Assembly (NCBI GenBank): GCA_045543955.1
Contig: JAZPYB010000030.1
Location: 961 to 64,960 of the forward strand
Source of the DNA: Eubacteriales bacterium
Lineage (GTDB): Bacteria > Bacillota > Clostridia > Oscillospirales > CAG-272
Direction of reading: 5' to 3'
DNA length: 64,000 bases
The first letter of the stretch is position 1, and the number at the start of each line of letters is the position of its first letter. The position numbers were made by a program, and so were the translations under genes. The notes below the pieces were generated by a model. It saw nothing but the letters and a program-made list of their open reading frames with translations, ran no database searches and was not told the origin of the DNA. Shown one piece after another: positions 1-9,589 of the stretch.

Positions 1-1132
1 GAAACTGCAACAAGGCTATCCATATCTCTAAAGTTTCCGCAGTTGCCAAGAGATAATACACCTGTTATCTTTCCAAAATCAATAAGCTTAACATTGCTCA
101 TATATGAAAAGCCTTGTTGATTTACAGTAGTCAATGTTGATGGAAGGTCAATATATGTAACAGCGTCACATTCTGAAAATGCAAATTGATTAACAGTTTT
201 AACACCCTCCGGAATTGTCAAAATTCCATTTTCAATAAATCCGTCAACTTGATTTAGCTTTTTGCAATTACGGAAAGCATCAGCACCAATACTAGTATGC
301 TTGTTCGCCTCGAATGCCTTGGCAGTACCTGTTACTGTTTCAAGGTTTTCACAGTTTTTAAATGTAGCATATGCCCCATTTGCGATGGTTGTAACCTCGC
401 CAAGGAAGGTGATTTTTGTCACATATTTACAATCCTTAAAGGTTTCTTGTCCTAAGGAAGTAAAGGTGGTTGGGAATACAAATTCAGTAGCTGCGACGGT
501 TGCAAAGGCATTTCCCGCTGTGCTAACAAGCTTAGTGCTCGACAAGTCAAGCTTTTGACCTGCAAAAAGCTTTGAACAGCCATTAAAGCTTTGAGAGCCT
601 ACGCTGGTTAGCTCGGTTAGCTCCTCAATATTTATATATCTAAGATTTGAGCAGTTTTTAAAGTCCTCTGCACCAAAGCCGGTTGTTCCTAGAGGAGCGA
701 ATACATACTCAAGATTAGAAGCGCCTGTAAAGGTTTTTGAAAAATAGGTAACCTTATTTCCTACGCGTTGTCCACGAGAAATTGTAACATCATAAAGATT
801 TAAAACAACAAAAGATGTGTTGCCATAATCTGTTCCATTTACTGTGATTTTCATTGAGCCAAGCTGGTCACCGCCACTCCATCCATTATAGCGGTCAACT
901 GCCTCATCATTTGCTGCAATGTGTGCATAGGTTTTAGCGCCTGTGTCAGCATCTGTTGATGTAATATACCAAAGAAGAGGGTTGCCATCTGTGTCATAGA
1001 GAGCACAAACTGTACCGTCAGACAAGGTAACTGTCTTACCATTGTTATCTGGCTCAGCTGCACTAACTCCTACTGCAAATAAGCATATAAGCATAACGCT
1101 TACTGCAAGTGCCAAGAATAGTTTCTTTTTCA
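1..1132 (-). CDS. BspA-type leucine-rich-repeat (LRR_5-like) secreted/surface protein, N-terminal 377 codons; the C-terminus lies beyond the window start
   Basis: Absent from the ORF track because there is no stop in the window. My translation of the minus strand from ATG 1132..1130 (AAGGAGA RBS) gives MKKKLFLALAVSVMLICLFAVGVSAAEPDNNGKTVTLSDG... and stays open to nt 1. It has a signal peptide and repeated FxxCxxL units (FKNCSNLRYINI, FNGCSKLF, FKDCKYVTKITF, FKNCENLETV, FRNCKKLNQV, FSECDAVTYIDLP). It is a paralog of 14765..16852 and shares its promoter. Confidence 0.75.
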
Positions 1133-1170
1133 TAATTTTCTCCTTTTTACGCGTGTCGCGTTATTTATGT

Positions 1171-1226
1171 TAGTATATTAACATATAAGTGGAAAACTGT
1201 CAAGTTGAACAAAAAAAAAAAAAAAA
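1171..1226 (-). promoter_or_regulatory. Consensus sigma-A-type promoter of the LRR gene with an upstream T16 tract
   Basis: On the minus strand: T16 (1226..1211), GTTCAAC, -35 TTGACA (1203..1198), a 17-nt spacer, then -10 TAATAT (1180..1175). The core is almost identical to 16891..16941. Confidence 0.7.
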
Positions 1227-1437
1227 TGCATACTTTTTGTAAAAAGTACACAAAAAATTCGACTATTACTAACTTTTTCGTGGTTTTCAAATTTTTTATT
1301 TTTTGCAGTAAAATCCAATGTTTATCGCAACAAAAGCCAATTTGCTTAAATTATTGCTACAAGGATTCACGTGGTATTTTTTGGTTATTTTTCACAAAGC
1401 CAATTTAAATGTTAACTTTTTGTGAATTTTGCAAATT

Positions 1438-1522
1438 AATCCCTCTGTCTCGCATTTGCGAGCCACTCTTCTAACGCACGCCCTGCGGGTGCCTTTACAA
1501 AGGAGGCTTTTGTCTAGGGATT
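1438..1522 (+). repeat. GC-rich modular intergenic repeat, copy 1
   Basis: The sequence runs AATCCCTCTG, a small hairpin (CTCGC-ATTT-GCGAG), CTCTTCTAACGCACGCCCTGCGGGTGCC, then TTTACAAAGGAGGC, and ends in CTAGGGATT, the inverted copy of the left end. It closely matches the reverse complement of 46886..46956. Confidence 0.8.
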
Positions 1523-1524
1523 TT

Positions 1525-1556
1525 AAAAAAGGACTGCGTTTTTGCAGTCCTTTTTT
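1525..1556 (-). terminator. Rho-independent terminator downstream of the P-type ATPase (bidirectional shape)
   Basis: Stem GGACTGC / GCAGTCC (1531..1550) flanked by A6 and T6. Confidence 0.75.
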
Positions 1557-1584
1557 GAAAATTTAGACACTGGGTCGCGTTTTT

Positions 1585-3429
1585 TTATTTAAGCTTTGAG
1601 TCTCTGCCGGCGCGTAATGCATTGAGAATTGCTATTAGCATAACACCAACATCGGCTAAAACAGCCAAAATCATTGGGAAGGTTGGTATTGCAATATTAA
1701 GCACAGCTACAAGCAGCTTTACTCCTATTGCAAAAACGATATTAGTAATTACTATCTTTTTAGTTCTTTTTGCTATTCTTACAACCTTAGGTATTTTTTC
1801 AAGGTCATCATCTGTGATTATTACATCACTCTTTTCAATAGCGACATCCGAGCCAAGTGCCCCCATTGCAAAGCCAACATCTGCGCGTGATAGGCAAGGC
1901 ATATCATTTACCCCGTCTCCACAGTAGCCGATTTTCACCTTTTCGCCATTTTCTATTATGTCCTCAAGTGCATCAAGCTTATGCTCAGGCAAGAGCTGAG
2001 AATATGCACCATCCGCATAAAGAGCACTAGCTACTGAATCAACCTTTGATTGCTTATCGCCACTGATAACGTAAATTTTCTCTATTCCGTTATCTCTTAA
2101 TTTATCAAATGAAATTTTTCCATTTTCCTTTATACTGTCGCCAACACCAACATAGCCGACAAATTTTCCGTCAACCGACACGTAAACATTTGCGCCACTA
2201 ACCGGCTCTTCTGCTCCCGCATACTCGTATGTGCCTGCCTTTATGTGTCCATATTCCGAATCACACTCTATGCCCATACCAATATGCTCTTGATAGTTTG
2301 TGCCTTTTTTAACATTCAATTTAAAGCGCTCTGTTTCTCTTTGTATTGCCTCAGCAACCGGATGCTTGGACTTCATTTCAACAACACCCAAAATTTCAAG
2401 CAGCTCCATCTTGGTAAGCTCTTCTACTGTTTCAACCTTAGTGACACGAAGCTCAGCCTTTGTCAATGTGCCTGTTTTGTCAAATGCCATTGTGTTAAGA
2501 GTACTGATTTTTTCAAGCACCCCTGAGCCCTTGACCAAAACGCCCTTTTTCGACGCGTAGCCGATTGCAACAAAGTATGCAAGTGGCACAGAAATAACAA
2601 TAGCGCAAGGGCAAGAAATTGCCAAGAACGAAAATGCTTTATATAGCCAAGTAAATGTGTCTGCACCTAAAAGTGGTGGCAAAATTGCTACAAGAAGTGC
2701 AGCACCTATTATACAAGGAGTATATATTTTTGCAAATTTTCTTATAAACTTTTCGCTTTTTGATTTTTTTGATGATGCATCCAAGGAAATGTCTATAATT
2801 CTTTGAATCATGCTTTGATTGCATTCACGGGTTACCTTAATAGTAAGAACACCATTTATGCTTAAGTGCCCTGCATAAACCTCAGAGCCCACACGCATAG
2901 GAGTAGGAACGCTCTCGCCAGAAACCACAGAGGTATCAACATCGGCATAGCCCTCAAGTACTACTCCATCAAGTGGAATTCTTTCTCCGGCATAAACCTC
3001 AATAATATCGCCTACCTTGATTTTTTCAACCTTAATAAGCTCCTTATGGTCCTTAAGTCTCGCGAGTGATGGCTTAATCTCGGAAAGAGCTCTTACTGAT
3101 TCTTTTGCACGCTCGCTAGCGCTGTCCTCAATTAGCTCTCCGATTAGATATAGAGCTATAACAAGTGCTGCCTCAAAAAACGACTCTGTAACTATTGCGC
3201 CAAGCGATGCAATAGTCATTAGCATCTTTTCTCCAACCTCCTTGTGTACAAAAAGGTTTTTTAAAGCCCCCCAAATAACCTTATACGCATTTATCACGTA
3301 TGCAGCAAGATAAAGACCGATTGATGCATATTCGTTAAATCCATTTACGATTAATCCCGCAATGATAAGGCAAATGGATATTAAAATCCTTATAATCATT
3401 GCCTTGTTTTCACGCAATAGGTTTTTCAT
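1585..3429 (-). CDS. Heavy-metal (Cd/Zn/Co-type) translocating P1B-type ATPase
   Basis: 614-aa ORF with a CPC metal motif (SCPCAIVIS), the phosphorylation site DKTGTLT, the hinge GDGVNDMP and SGES. It is translationally adjacent to the ArsR gene upstream. Confidence 0.9.
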   Translation of the reverse strand: MKNLLRENKAMIIRILISICLIIAGLIVNGFNEYASIGLYLAAYVINAYKVIWGALKNLFVHKEVGEKMLMTIASLGAIVTESFFEAALVIALYLIGELIEDSASERAKESVRALSEIKPSLARLKDHKELIKVEKIKVGDIIEVYAGERIPLDGVVLEGYADVDTSVVSGESVPTPMRVGSEVYAGHLSINGVLTIKVTRECNQSMIQRIIDISLDASSKKSKSEKFIRKFAKIYTPCIIGAALLVAILPPLLGADTFTWLYKAFSFLAISCPCAIVISVPLAYFVAIGYASKKGVLVKGSGVLEKISTLNTMAFDKTGTLTKAELRVTKVETVEELTKMELLEILGVVEMKSKHPVAEAIQRETERFKLNVKKGTNYQEHIGMGIECDSEYGHIKAGTYEYAGAEEPVSGANVYVSVDGKFVGYVGVGDSIKENGKISFDKLRDNGIEKIYVISGDKQSKVDSVASALYADGAYSQLLPEHKLDALEDIIENGEKVKIGYCGDGVNDMPCLSRADVGFAMGALGSDVAIEKSDVIITDDDLEKIPKVVRIAKRTKKIVITNIVFAIGVKLLVAVLNIAIPTFPMILAVLADVGVMLIAILNALRAGRDSKLK

Positions 3430-3430
3430 C

Positions 3431-3757
3431 TTATTCAGCTATGTGCTCCATACCACAGTCGATGATTGTACGAACGTGATCATCTGTCAAGGAATAAATA
3501 ATCGATTTGCCATTTCTTCTTGTCTTAACAAGATTGCTAGTTTTTAAAATACGAAGCTGATGGGACACCGCTGACTGAGTAATTGATAAAAACTCAGATA
3601 TCTCACTAACGCACATTTCGCTTTGAGTCAACGCGCAAAGAATTTTAACTCTCGACGCATCTCCAAAGATTTTATAAAGATTTGCAAGCTCCTCAAAAAG
3701 CTCGCTATTACGGGTAATTGCACCCTGAATTTTTGATACTACGCTCTCGTTTTCCAT
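3431..3757 (-). CDS. ArsR/SmtB-family metal-sensing transcriptional repressor
   Basis: 108 aa with an ArsR-type HTH (ILCALTQSEMCVSEISEFLSITQSAVSHQLRILK). It is the first gene of an operon with the ATPase. Confidence 0.9.
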   Translation of the reverse strand: MENESVVSKIQGAITRNSELFEELANLYKIFGDASRVKILCALTQSEMCVSEISEFLSITQSAVSHQLRILKTSNLVKTRRNGKSIIYSLTDDHVRTIIDCGMEHIAE

Positions 3758-3770
3758 ATTTTCCTCCCAT

Positions 3771-3823
3771 ATATGAGCAATTGTTCATATGTTCATTATA
3801 ATACGCAAAATTCAGTTTGTCAA
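3771..3823 (-). promoter_or_regulatory. arsR-ATPase promoter with an overlapping palindromic operator
   Basis: On the minus strand: -35 TTGACA (3823..3818), a 17-nt spacer, -10 TATAAT (3800..3795). This is followed by the imperfect 10-10 palindrome ATATGAGCAA/TTGTTCATAT (3771..3790) between the -10 box and the GGGAGG RBS. Confidence 0.7.
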
Positions 3824-3934
3824 TAGTTTTTTGAAAGTTTTTTACTTATTTATAAGTAATTTGTTGATTTTTATTTTTTCACTTGCTATAATGAACTTAG
3901 TTACTTTAATTATAATATTTTTAACGAGGTTATT

Positions 3935-6067
3935 ATGCTTAATAATTCAAAATGGATTTCCTATCCAACAATGGAAAGGTTCACTTGCCCTGTTTTAAAA
4001 AAATCCTTCAAGACAAACGGCGAAATCAAAAAGGCAACTATCAAAATGTCCTCTCTTGGTTGCTACTATGCAACTTTGGGCGGCGCTCGCATTGGCGACT
4101 TTATTTTAGCCCCAGGCTTTACATCAAACACAAGAACTCAGGTTCAAGAGTATAATATAACTAATTTAATTAAGGAAGAAAACGAATTAAGGGTTACTCT
4201 TGGCGAGGGTTGGTTCAAGGGCAGAATCAACTGGAGAAACAATCAAAATAGCCCCAATATGTACCCAGCGTTAATTTGTGAAATCAAGCTTGAGTACAAA
4301 AATGGAAAGGTTGAATATATTTATTCTGACGAGAGCTGGGAGGTTTCACTCTCCAAAATCACCTTCTCCGATATTTATGACGGCGAGCATTACGATGCCA
4401 ACTATGAAGAAAGGTTCATTCCTGTCAAGGTGCAAGATTATGACCGTGCACGCTTGGTTAAGCAACAAGGCGAAAAGGTTTGTGAGCAAGAGGTAATAAA
4501 GCCACACAGAATTTTCAAAACACCAAAGGGAGAAACGATTATCGACTTCAACCAAAATCTAACTGGTTATTTTGAAATTTCGCTTGATGCAAATAAGGGA
4601 GATGTTGTTGATTTTTCTTTTGCCGAGGTTCTGGACAAGGACGGCAACTTCTATAACGAAAACTATCGTACCGCAAAGGCTGAATTCATCTATACAGCCA
4701 AGGACGGCTTCCAGACCTACAAGCCAAAATTAACATTCTATGGCTTTAGATACATAAGGGTAAATAAATTTCCTGGCGAGATTACCAAGGAAAATGTAAA
4801 AGCTATCGTTCTGCATTCAGATATTAAGCGCACAGGCTATTTAAATTCCTCATCTCCTCTTTTAAATAAGCTTTTTTCAAATATCATTTGGGGGCAAAAG
4901 GGCAACTTCTTAGACATTCCCACTGACTGCCCACAAAGAGATGAAAGAATGGGTTGGACGGGCGATGCTCAGGTGTTTGTTAAAACAGCAACCTACAACT
5001 ACGACGTTGAAAAATTCTTTGAGAAATGGCTAACCGACCTAAAAATCGACCAAACTCCAGATGGTGGCATTCCAAACGTAATTCCTCAGGTTTGGGGCGA
5101 GGAATGGACTCGCTGTGGTTGGGGTGATGCTTCAACTATTTGTCCATATCAAATTTACTTGACATATGGCAATCGTGAAATCTTGAAAAAGCAATATAAG
5201 TCAATGTGTGCATACATTAGATACATAACAAATGTAACAAACGACAAATATTTATGGACAGGCACAGACCATTTTGCCGACTGGCTCGGAATCGATGCTC
5301 CTGCCGGCTCGTATAAGGGTGCTTCAAACCAAGATTTCTTAGCTTCAGTATATTACTATTATTCGACAGATATTGTTTGTAAGGTTGGTAAGATTCTTGG
5401 CAAAAAAGTTGAAAAATACGAAAAGCTAAGAGATAAGATTTTAGAGGCTACAAGGCGCGCATTCCCAGAGTACAAGACTCAAACCGAGTGTGTAGTTGCG
5501 CTTTACTTTGGCATTACAACCAACAAAAAAGCTGTTGCCAAGCAGTTAGCAGATATGATTAAGGCTAACGGAACTCGTCTAACCACCGGATTTCTTGGCA
5601 CTCCATATTTACTACACGCGCTATCAAGCAATGGTTATTGTGAGCTTGCATACGATTTGCTTTTGCAAGAAAACTACCCATCTTGGCTATATTCAGTTAA
5701 GCAAGGTGCCACAACTATCTGGGAGCACTGGGACGGAGTTAACGACAAGGGTGAATTTTGGTCAAAGGATATGAACTCCTTTAACCATTACGCATATGGC
5801 AGTGTGGCTGACTGGGTTTACGGCGTTGCTTGTGGCATAAAAACTGTTGAAGATAAGCCGGGCTTTGAAGAAATCGTTATAGCGCCTATGCCAACCAAAA
5901 AGCTAAGCTGGCTGAGTGCGAAAATCGAAACAAGAAAAGGACTCGTTTCCTCTGCTTGGTACAAGGAAGGGGACGGCTTTAGATATGAAATCACCACCCC
6001 ATCCAAAACAACAATTATAATTGATGGCAAGGAATACAAGGTGGAGAAAGGAACATACGTATTCTAA
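3935..6067 (+). CDS. Alpha-L-rhamnosidase, glycoside hydrolase family 78
   Basis: 710 aa with the GH78 signature DCPQRDERMGWTGDAQV and a typical N-terminus (NSKWISYP...). Confidence 0.85.
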   Translation: MLNNSKWISYPTMERFTCPVLKKSFKTNGEIKKATIKMSSLGCYYATLGGARIGDFILAPGFTSNTRTQVQEYNITNLIKEENELRVTLGEGWFKGRINWRNNQNSPNMYPALICEIKLEYKNGKVEYIYSDESWEVSLSKITFSDIYDGEHYDANYEERFIPVKVQDYDRARLVKQQGEKVCEQEVIKPHRIFKTPKGETIIDFNQNLTGYFEISLDANKGDVVDFSFAEVLDKDGNFYNENYRTAKAEFIYTAKDGFQTYKPKLTFYGFRYIRVNKFPGEITKENVKAIVLHSDIKRTGYLNSSSPLLNKLFSNIIWGQKGNFLDIPTDCPQRDERMGWTGDAQVFVKTATYNYDVEKFFEKWLTDLKIDQTPDGGIPNVIPQVWGEEWTRCGWGDASTICPYQIYLTYGNREILKKQYKSMCAYIRYITNVTNDKYLWTGTDHFADWLGIDAPAGSYKGASNQDFLASVYYYYSTDIVCKVGKILGKKVEKYEKLRDKILEATRRAFPEYKTQTECVVALYFGITTNKKAVAKQLADMIKANGTRLTTGFLGTPYLLHALSSNGYCELAYDLLLQENYPSWLYSVKQGATTIWEHWDGVNDKGEFWSKDMNSFNHYAYGSVADWVYGVACGIKTVEDKPGFEEIVIAPMPTKKLSWLSAKIETRKGLVSSAWYKEGDGFRYEITTPSKTTIIIDGKEYKVEKGTYVF

Positions 6068-6068
6068 A

Positions 6069-7136
6069 TTGAAAAAGGTATTAATAGCAATGAGTGGCGG
6101 AGTTGATAGCTCTGCTTGTGCTTGTATAATAAAAAACGAAGGCTATGAGTGTGAGGGCGCAACAATGCGCCTACACTCGAATAATAGCGATTCTTGTGTA
6201 AGCGAAACCGACATTACAGATGCCAAAAAAATATGTGAAAAAATAAAAATTCCCCACCACGTGGTTGATTTTTCGCAAGATTTTGACAAATATGTAATCT
6301 CCAATTTCATTTCATCATATGAAAAAGGAGCAACGCCAAACCCTTGTATTGAATGTAACTTTCACTTGAAATTTGACAAGCTTTTTGAAACCGCAAACGA
6401 ACTTGGCTGTGATATGATAGCAACGGGACACTACGCGATAATCGAATATGACGAAAAATACGGCAGGAAGGTTTTAAAGAAGGCAAAAAACGTTTCTAAG
6501 GACCAAAGCTACGTGCTTTACAGGCTATCAAAGGAAAAGGTAGAAAAAACACTTTTCCCACTTGGAAAAATGGAGTCAAAGGACGAGGTGCGTGCGTGTC
6601 TTGGTATGCTTGATTTTGAGTTTTCCCAAAAAAAGGAGAGCCAAGATATTTGCTTTGTTCCAGACGGAGATTATGCCAAATTCATTGAAAATTATACAAA
6701 AAAGTCCTACCCTGTGGGAGATTTTGTGACCAAAGACGGAAAACTCCTTGGCAAGCACAAGGGAATAATAAGATACACAATTGGACAAAGAAAGGGCTTA
6801 GGACTTGCTCTTCCTCATTCTATGTATGTTTGTGGCAAGGTTTTAGAGAAAAACCAGGTCATAATTGGCGAAAACGAGGACCTTTTTTCACGTGAACTAT
6901 GGGCTGACAATGTAAATCTCATTGCCGTTGATTCGATTGATGCACCGATGAAGGTTTTTGCTAAGATTAGATACAATCAAATTGAAAAAAGCGCCGAGGC
7001 GTGTCTGGAAAATGGACTTTTGCACGTAGTTTTTGATGAGCCGCAAAGAGCGATTTGCAGAGGTCAAAGCGTTGTTTTATACGACGGTGATGTCGTAATC
7101 GGCGGCGGAATTATCTGCAAAACAGAATTAGATTGA
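6069..7136 (+). CDS. mnmA: tRNA 2-thiouridine(34) synthase MnmA
   Basis: PP-loop AMSGGVDSS and the CIECN motif. The ORF-track start at 6021 overlaps the rhamnosidase gene. An in-frame TTG at 6069 (LKKVLIAMSGG) is the likely start; ATG 6091 is an alternative. Confidence 0.85.
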   Translation: MKKVLIAMSGGVDSSACACIIKNEGYECEGATMRLHSNNSDSCVSETDITDAKKICEKIKIPHHVVDFSQDFDKYVISNFISSYEKGATPNPCIECNFHLKFDKLFETANELGCDMIATGHYAIIEYDEKYGRKVLKKAKNVSKDQSYVLYRLSKEKVEKTLFPLGKMESKDEVRACLGMLDFEFSQKKESQDICFVPDGDYAKFIENYTKKSYPVGDFVTKDGKLLGKHKGIIRYTIGQRKGLGLALPHSMYVCGKVLEKNQVIIGENEDLFSRELWADNVNLIAVDSIDAPMKVFAKIRYNQIEKSAEACLENGLLHVVFDEPQRAICRGQSVVLYDGDVVIGGGIICKTELD

Positions 7137-7139
7137 GAG

Positions 7140-7343
7140 ATGGCTATGGAAAAGGAAAAAATCGACAGAATTAATTTTCTTGCAAAAAAGAAAAAGGAGC
7201 AAGGACTAACAGAATCCGAGCTTGCCGAGCAAAAGGTGCTTTACGAGGAATATTTAGAGGGTTATCGCAGAAATCTGCGCGCAACTCTTGGCAACACAGT
7301 TATTGAGCGCCCCGACGGTACGAGAGAGAAATTAAAAAAATAA
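7140..7343 (+). CDS. UPF0291/DUF896-family small protein (YnzC-like)
   Basis: 67 aa: EKIDRINFLAKKKKEQGLTESELAEQKVLYEEYLEGYRRNLR, which is typical of DUF896. Confidence 0.7.
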   Translation: MAMEKEKIDRINFLAKKKKEQGLTESELAEQKVLYEEYLEGYRRNLRATLGNTVIERPDGTREKLKK

Positions 7344-7346
7344 ATT

Positions 7347-7376
7347 AATGCACGGTTATTGCCGTGCATTTTATAT
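7347..7376 (+). terminator. Rho-independent terminator
   Basis: Stem AATGCACGG / CCGTGCATT followed by a T-rich tail. Confidence 0.7.
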
Positions 7377-7390
7377 TTTATATATTATAC

Positions 7391-7419
7391 TTGAAAATTT
7401 AGGACAGTTGTGATAAAAT
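7391..7419 (+). promoter_or_regulatory. topB promoter (extended -10)
   Basis: -35 TTGAAA (7391..7396), a 17-nt spacer ending in TGa, then -10 TAAAAT (7414..7419). Confidence 0.5.
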
Positions 7420-7473
7420 GATTTTGTATCGACATTTTTTGTCTTTGAATTTTCAATCAGAAAGGAGAAAAAT

Positions 7474-9579
7474 ATGAAGCTGATAATTGCCGAAAAGCCA
7501 TCGCTTGCACGTAATATTTTAGCGGGAATTGCGCGCTTGCAAAACGACAAAATGGCTAAGCGTGACGGCTACTACGAGGGCGGCGACTATGTTGTTACCT
7601 GGGTTTTCGGTCATCTTTTCTCCCTTGCTGATATTGAGGATTATGTAGAAAATCCACAGAACAAATGGGTTATGGACAATCTCCCTTGCTTTCCTGACAA
7701 GTTTAAATTCAACCTAAAAAGAAATGCAAATAAGGAGATCGACCCCGGCGTCAAAAAGCAATTTAACACCATTAAATATCTTTGCAATCGTGCCAACATT
7801 GACACCATTGTAAACGCAGGAGACGCAGACCGTGAGGGCGAAATCATTGTTCGCCTTTGCGTTGAGCACGCACTTGAGACAGAAAAGAAATTCGTACGCT
7901 TGTGGTTGCCCGACCAAACTCCTGAAACCATTTCCGACGCACTCAACGATATGAAAAGCGAGAGCGAGTATATTTCTCTTGCAAATGAAGGCTTTGCAAG
8001 AACTTATATAGACTGGCTTTACGGAGTAAACCTTACTCGCTTTGCCACCTTAAAAACGGGCAAGCTGCTTCGTGTCGGCAGAGTCATTGTGCCTATTGTA
8101 AAGGCTATTTATGACAGAGATATGGAAATTAGGAATTTCGTACCGCAAAAATACTATGTTATTTCTTCGCACGAAAAAACAAACGACGAATTTGTAGATT
8201 TAACCTCGAAAACAAAGTTTACTAAGGATGAATATTTAAAGGCGCTCGACGAGTGTACGAAATACAATGGTGCTGATGCTATTGTAACGTCGGTTAAGAC
8301 AAAAAAAGACACACTCTCCCCGCCAAAATTGTTTTCTCTTTCAAAATTGCAGAGCTATCTCGGTAAAAAATACAAAATGTCAATGGACGACTCTCTTTCA
8401 ACCGTTCAAAAGCTTTACGAGGAGGGCTTTGTTACCTACCCACGTACAAACTCCGAGTATTTAGCCACTGCTGAGCAAGGAAAGATGAAGTCTATCATTG
8501 CAAACGTTTCAAAAATGGGCTACCCTGTTGAATTTAGGTTTTCAAAGTCTATATTTGACGACTCAAAAATTGAGTCTCACTCTGCCCTCACTCCAACCTA
8601 TAAAATTCCCGACCCAAAATCGCTAACCGAGCGTGAAAGACAGGTTTACTCAACAATTTTGCGCCGTTTTGTTGCAGTTTTCTGCTCAGAGGAATGTAAA
8701 ATTGAGCGTAGTGAAATCAAAATCAAGGTTGGCGAATATGAAGAATTTACCCTCAAGGGTACAGTAATTACCCAAGCCGGCTGGACAAAGTTTGACGACT
8801 ACACCCAAAAGGACAAAATTTTGCCTAAGCTCTCAAAGGGTGACAAGGTAAATATTTTATTTAAGCCTGTCGAAAAGGAAACCACACCGCCTAAGCACTA
8901 CACTATCGAAACCTTAAACAACTACCTCAAGAATCCATTTAAAGAGGATAAGGCAAGCGCAGATGAAAGCGATGACGAGGACTATAAGGCTATTTTCGAG
9001 GGCTTGGAGCTAGGAACCGAGGCAACAAGAACCGGAATTATCGAAAACGCGTGCAAGAGCGCATATATTATGCTCAAAAAAGACTCTTATTATATATTGC
9101 CAGATGGCGAATACCTTATTGAGGCGCTCTCTCAGCTTGGCATTATAATGGACAAATATAAGACCAGTGAGATGGGTCAAGCACTCAAAAAGGTATATAG
9201 AAGCGAGATCACCGTTGACGACAGTGTCAAGCTTGCACAAAAGGAAATTGGAGAAGTGTTTGAAAAATCCAAGGACGCCGAGCCCGAAAAAGACACAAAT
9301 ATTGGCATTTTCGGCGAGGTTGTTGGTAAATGTCCGCTTTGTGAGCATGATGTTATAAGAACTCGCTATGGCTATGGCTGTTCAGGTTATAAGGACGGCT
9401 GCAAATTCACAATTAATAAAACCATTTGCAAGCGCGTAATTTCACTGTCAAATGTAAAAATGCTACTTGCAACTGGCAAAACAAGTAAAATTCAAGGCTT
9501 TGTTTCAAAGAATGGCAAGAGCTTCGATGCTGTACTGAAGCTTGACAATGAGGGCAAGGTCGTATTCGATTTTAATTAA
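7474..9579 (+). CDS. topB: DNA topoisomerase III
   Basis: 701 aa with a Toprim domain (IIAEKPS, DADREGE), the active-site tyrosine context GFVTYPRTNSEYL and C-terminal Cys-rich zinc-ribbon motifs (CPLCEHDV..., CSGYKDGC). Confidence 0.9.
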   Translation: MKLIIAEKPSLARNILAGIARLQNDKMAKRDGYYEGGDYVVTWVFGHLFSLADIEDYVENPQNKWVMDNLPCFPDKFKFNLKRNANKEIDPGVKKQFNTIKYLCNRANIDTIVNAGDADREGEIIVRLCVEHALETEKKFVRLWLPDQTPETISDALNDMKSESEYISLANEGFARTYIDWLYGVNLTRFATLKTGKLLRVGRVIVPIVKAIYDRDMEIRNFVPQKYYVISSHEKTNDEFVDLTSKTKFTKDEYLKALDECTKYNGADAIVTSVKTKKDTLSPPKLFSLSKLQSYLGKKYKMSMDDSLSTVQKLYEEGFVTYPRTNSEYLATAEQGKMKSIIANVSKMGYPVEFRFSKSIFDDSKIESHSALTPTYKIPDPKSLTERERQVYSTILRRFVAVFCSEECKIERSEIKIKVGEYEEFTLKGTVITQAGWTKFDDYTQKDKILPKLSKGDKVNILFKPVEKETTPPKHYTIETLNNYLKNPFKEDKASADESDDEDYKAIFEGLELGTEATRTGIIENACKSAYIMLKKDSYYILPDGEYLIEALSQLGIIMDKYKTSEMGQALKKVYRSEITVDDSVKLAQKEIGEVFEKSKDAEPEKDTNIGIFGEVVGKCPLCEHDVIRTRYGYGCSGYKDGCKFTINKTICKRVISLSNVKMLLATGKTSKIQGFVSKNGKSFDAVLKLDNEGKVVFDFN

Positions 9580-9589
9580 GGAGTTTAAT

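Noticed and set aside
1205-1408. A 67-aa ORF starting in the poly-A tract (MNKKKKKM...)
   Set aside because: It lies in the promoter and upstream region of the LRR gene. The poly-Lys arises from translating the homopolymer. There is no RBS, and the paralogous region at 16853-17133 has no equivalent ORF.
6021-6068. N-terminal extensions implied by the ORF track for several genes: 6021, 9542, 10011, 18993, 33883, 34459, 47238, 51252, 55449, 62483, 62509, 62822 and 63464
   Set aside because: In each case an internal ATG, or TTG for mnmA, gives the family-typical N-terminus. All of these except mnmA also have a good Shine-Dalgarno sequence at proper spacing. Several of the extensions also overlap the upstream gene.
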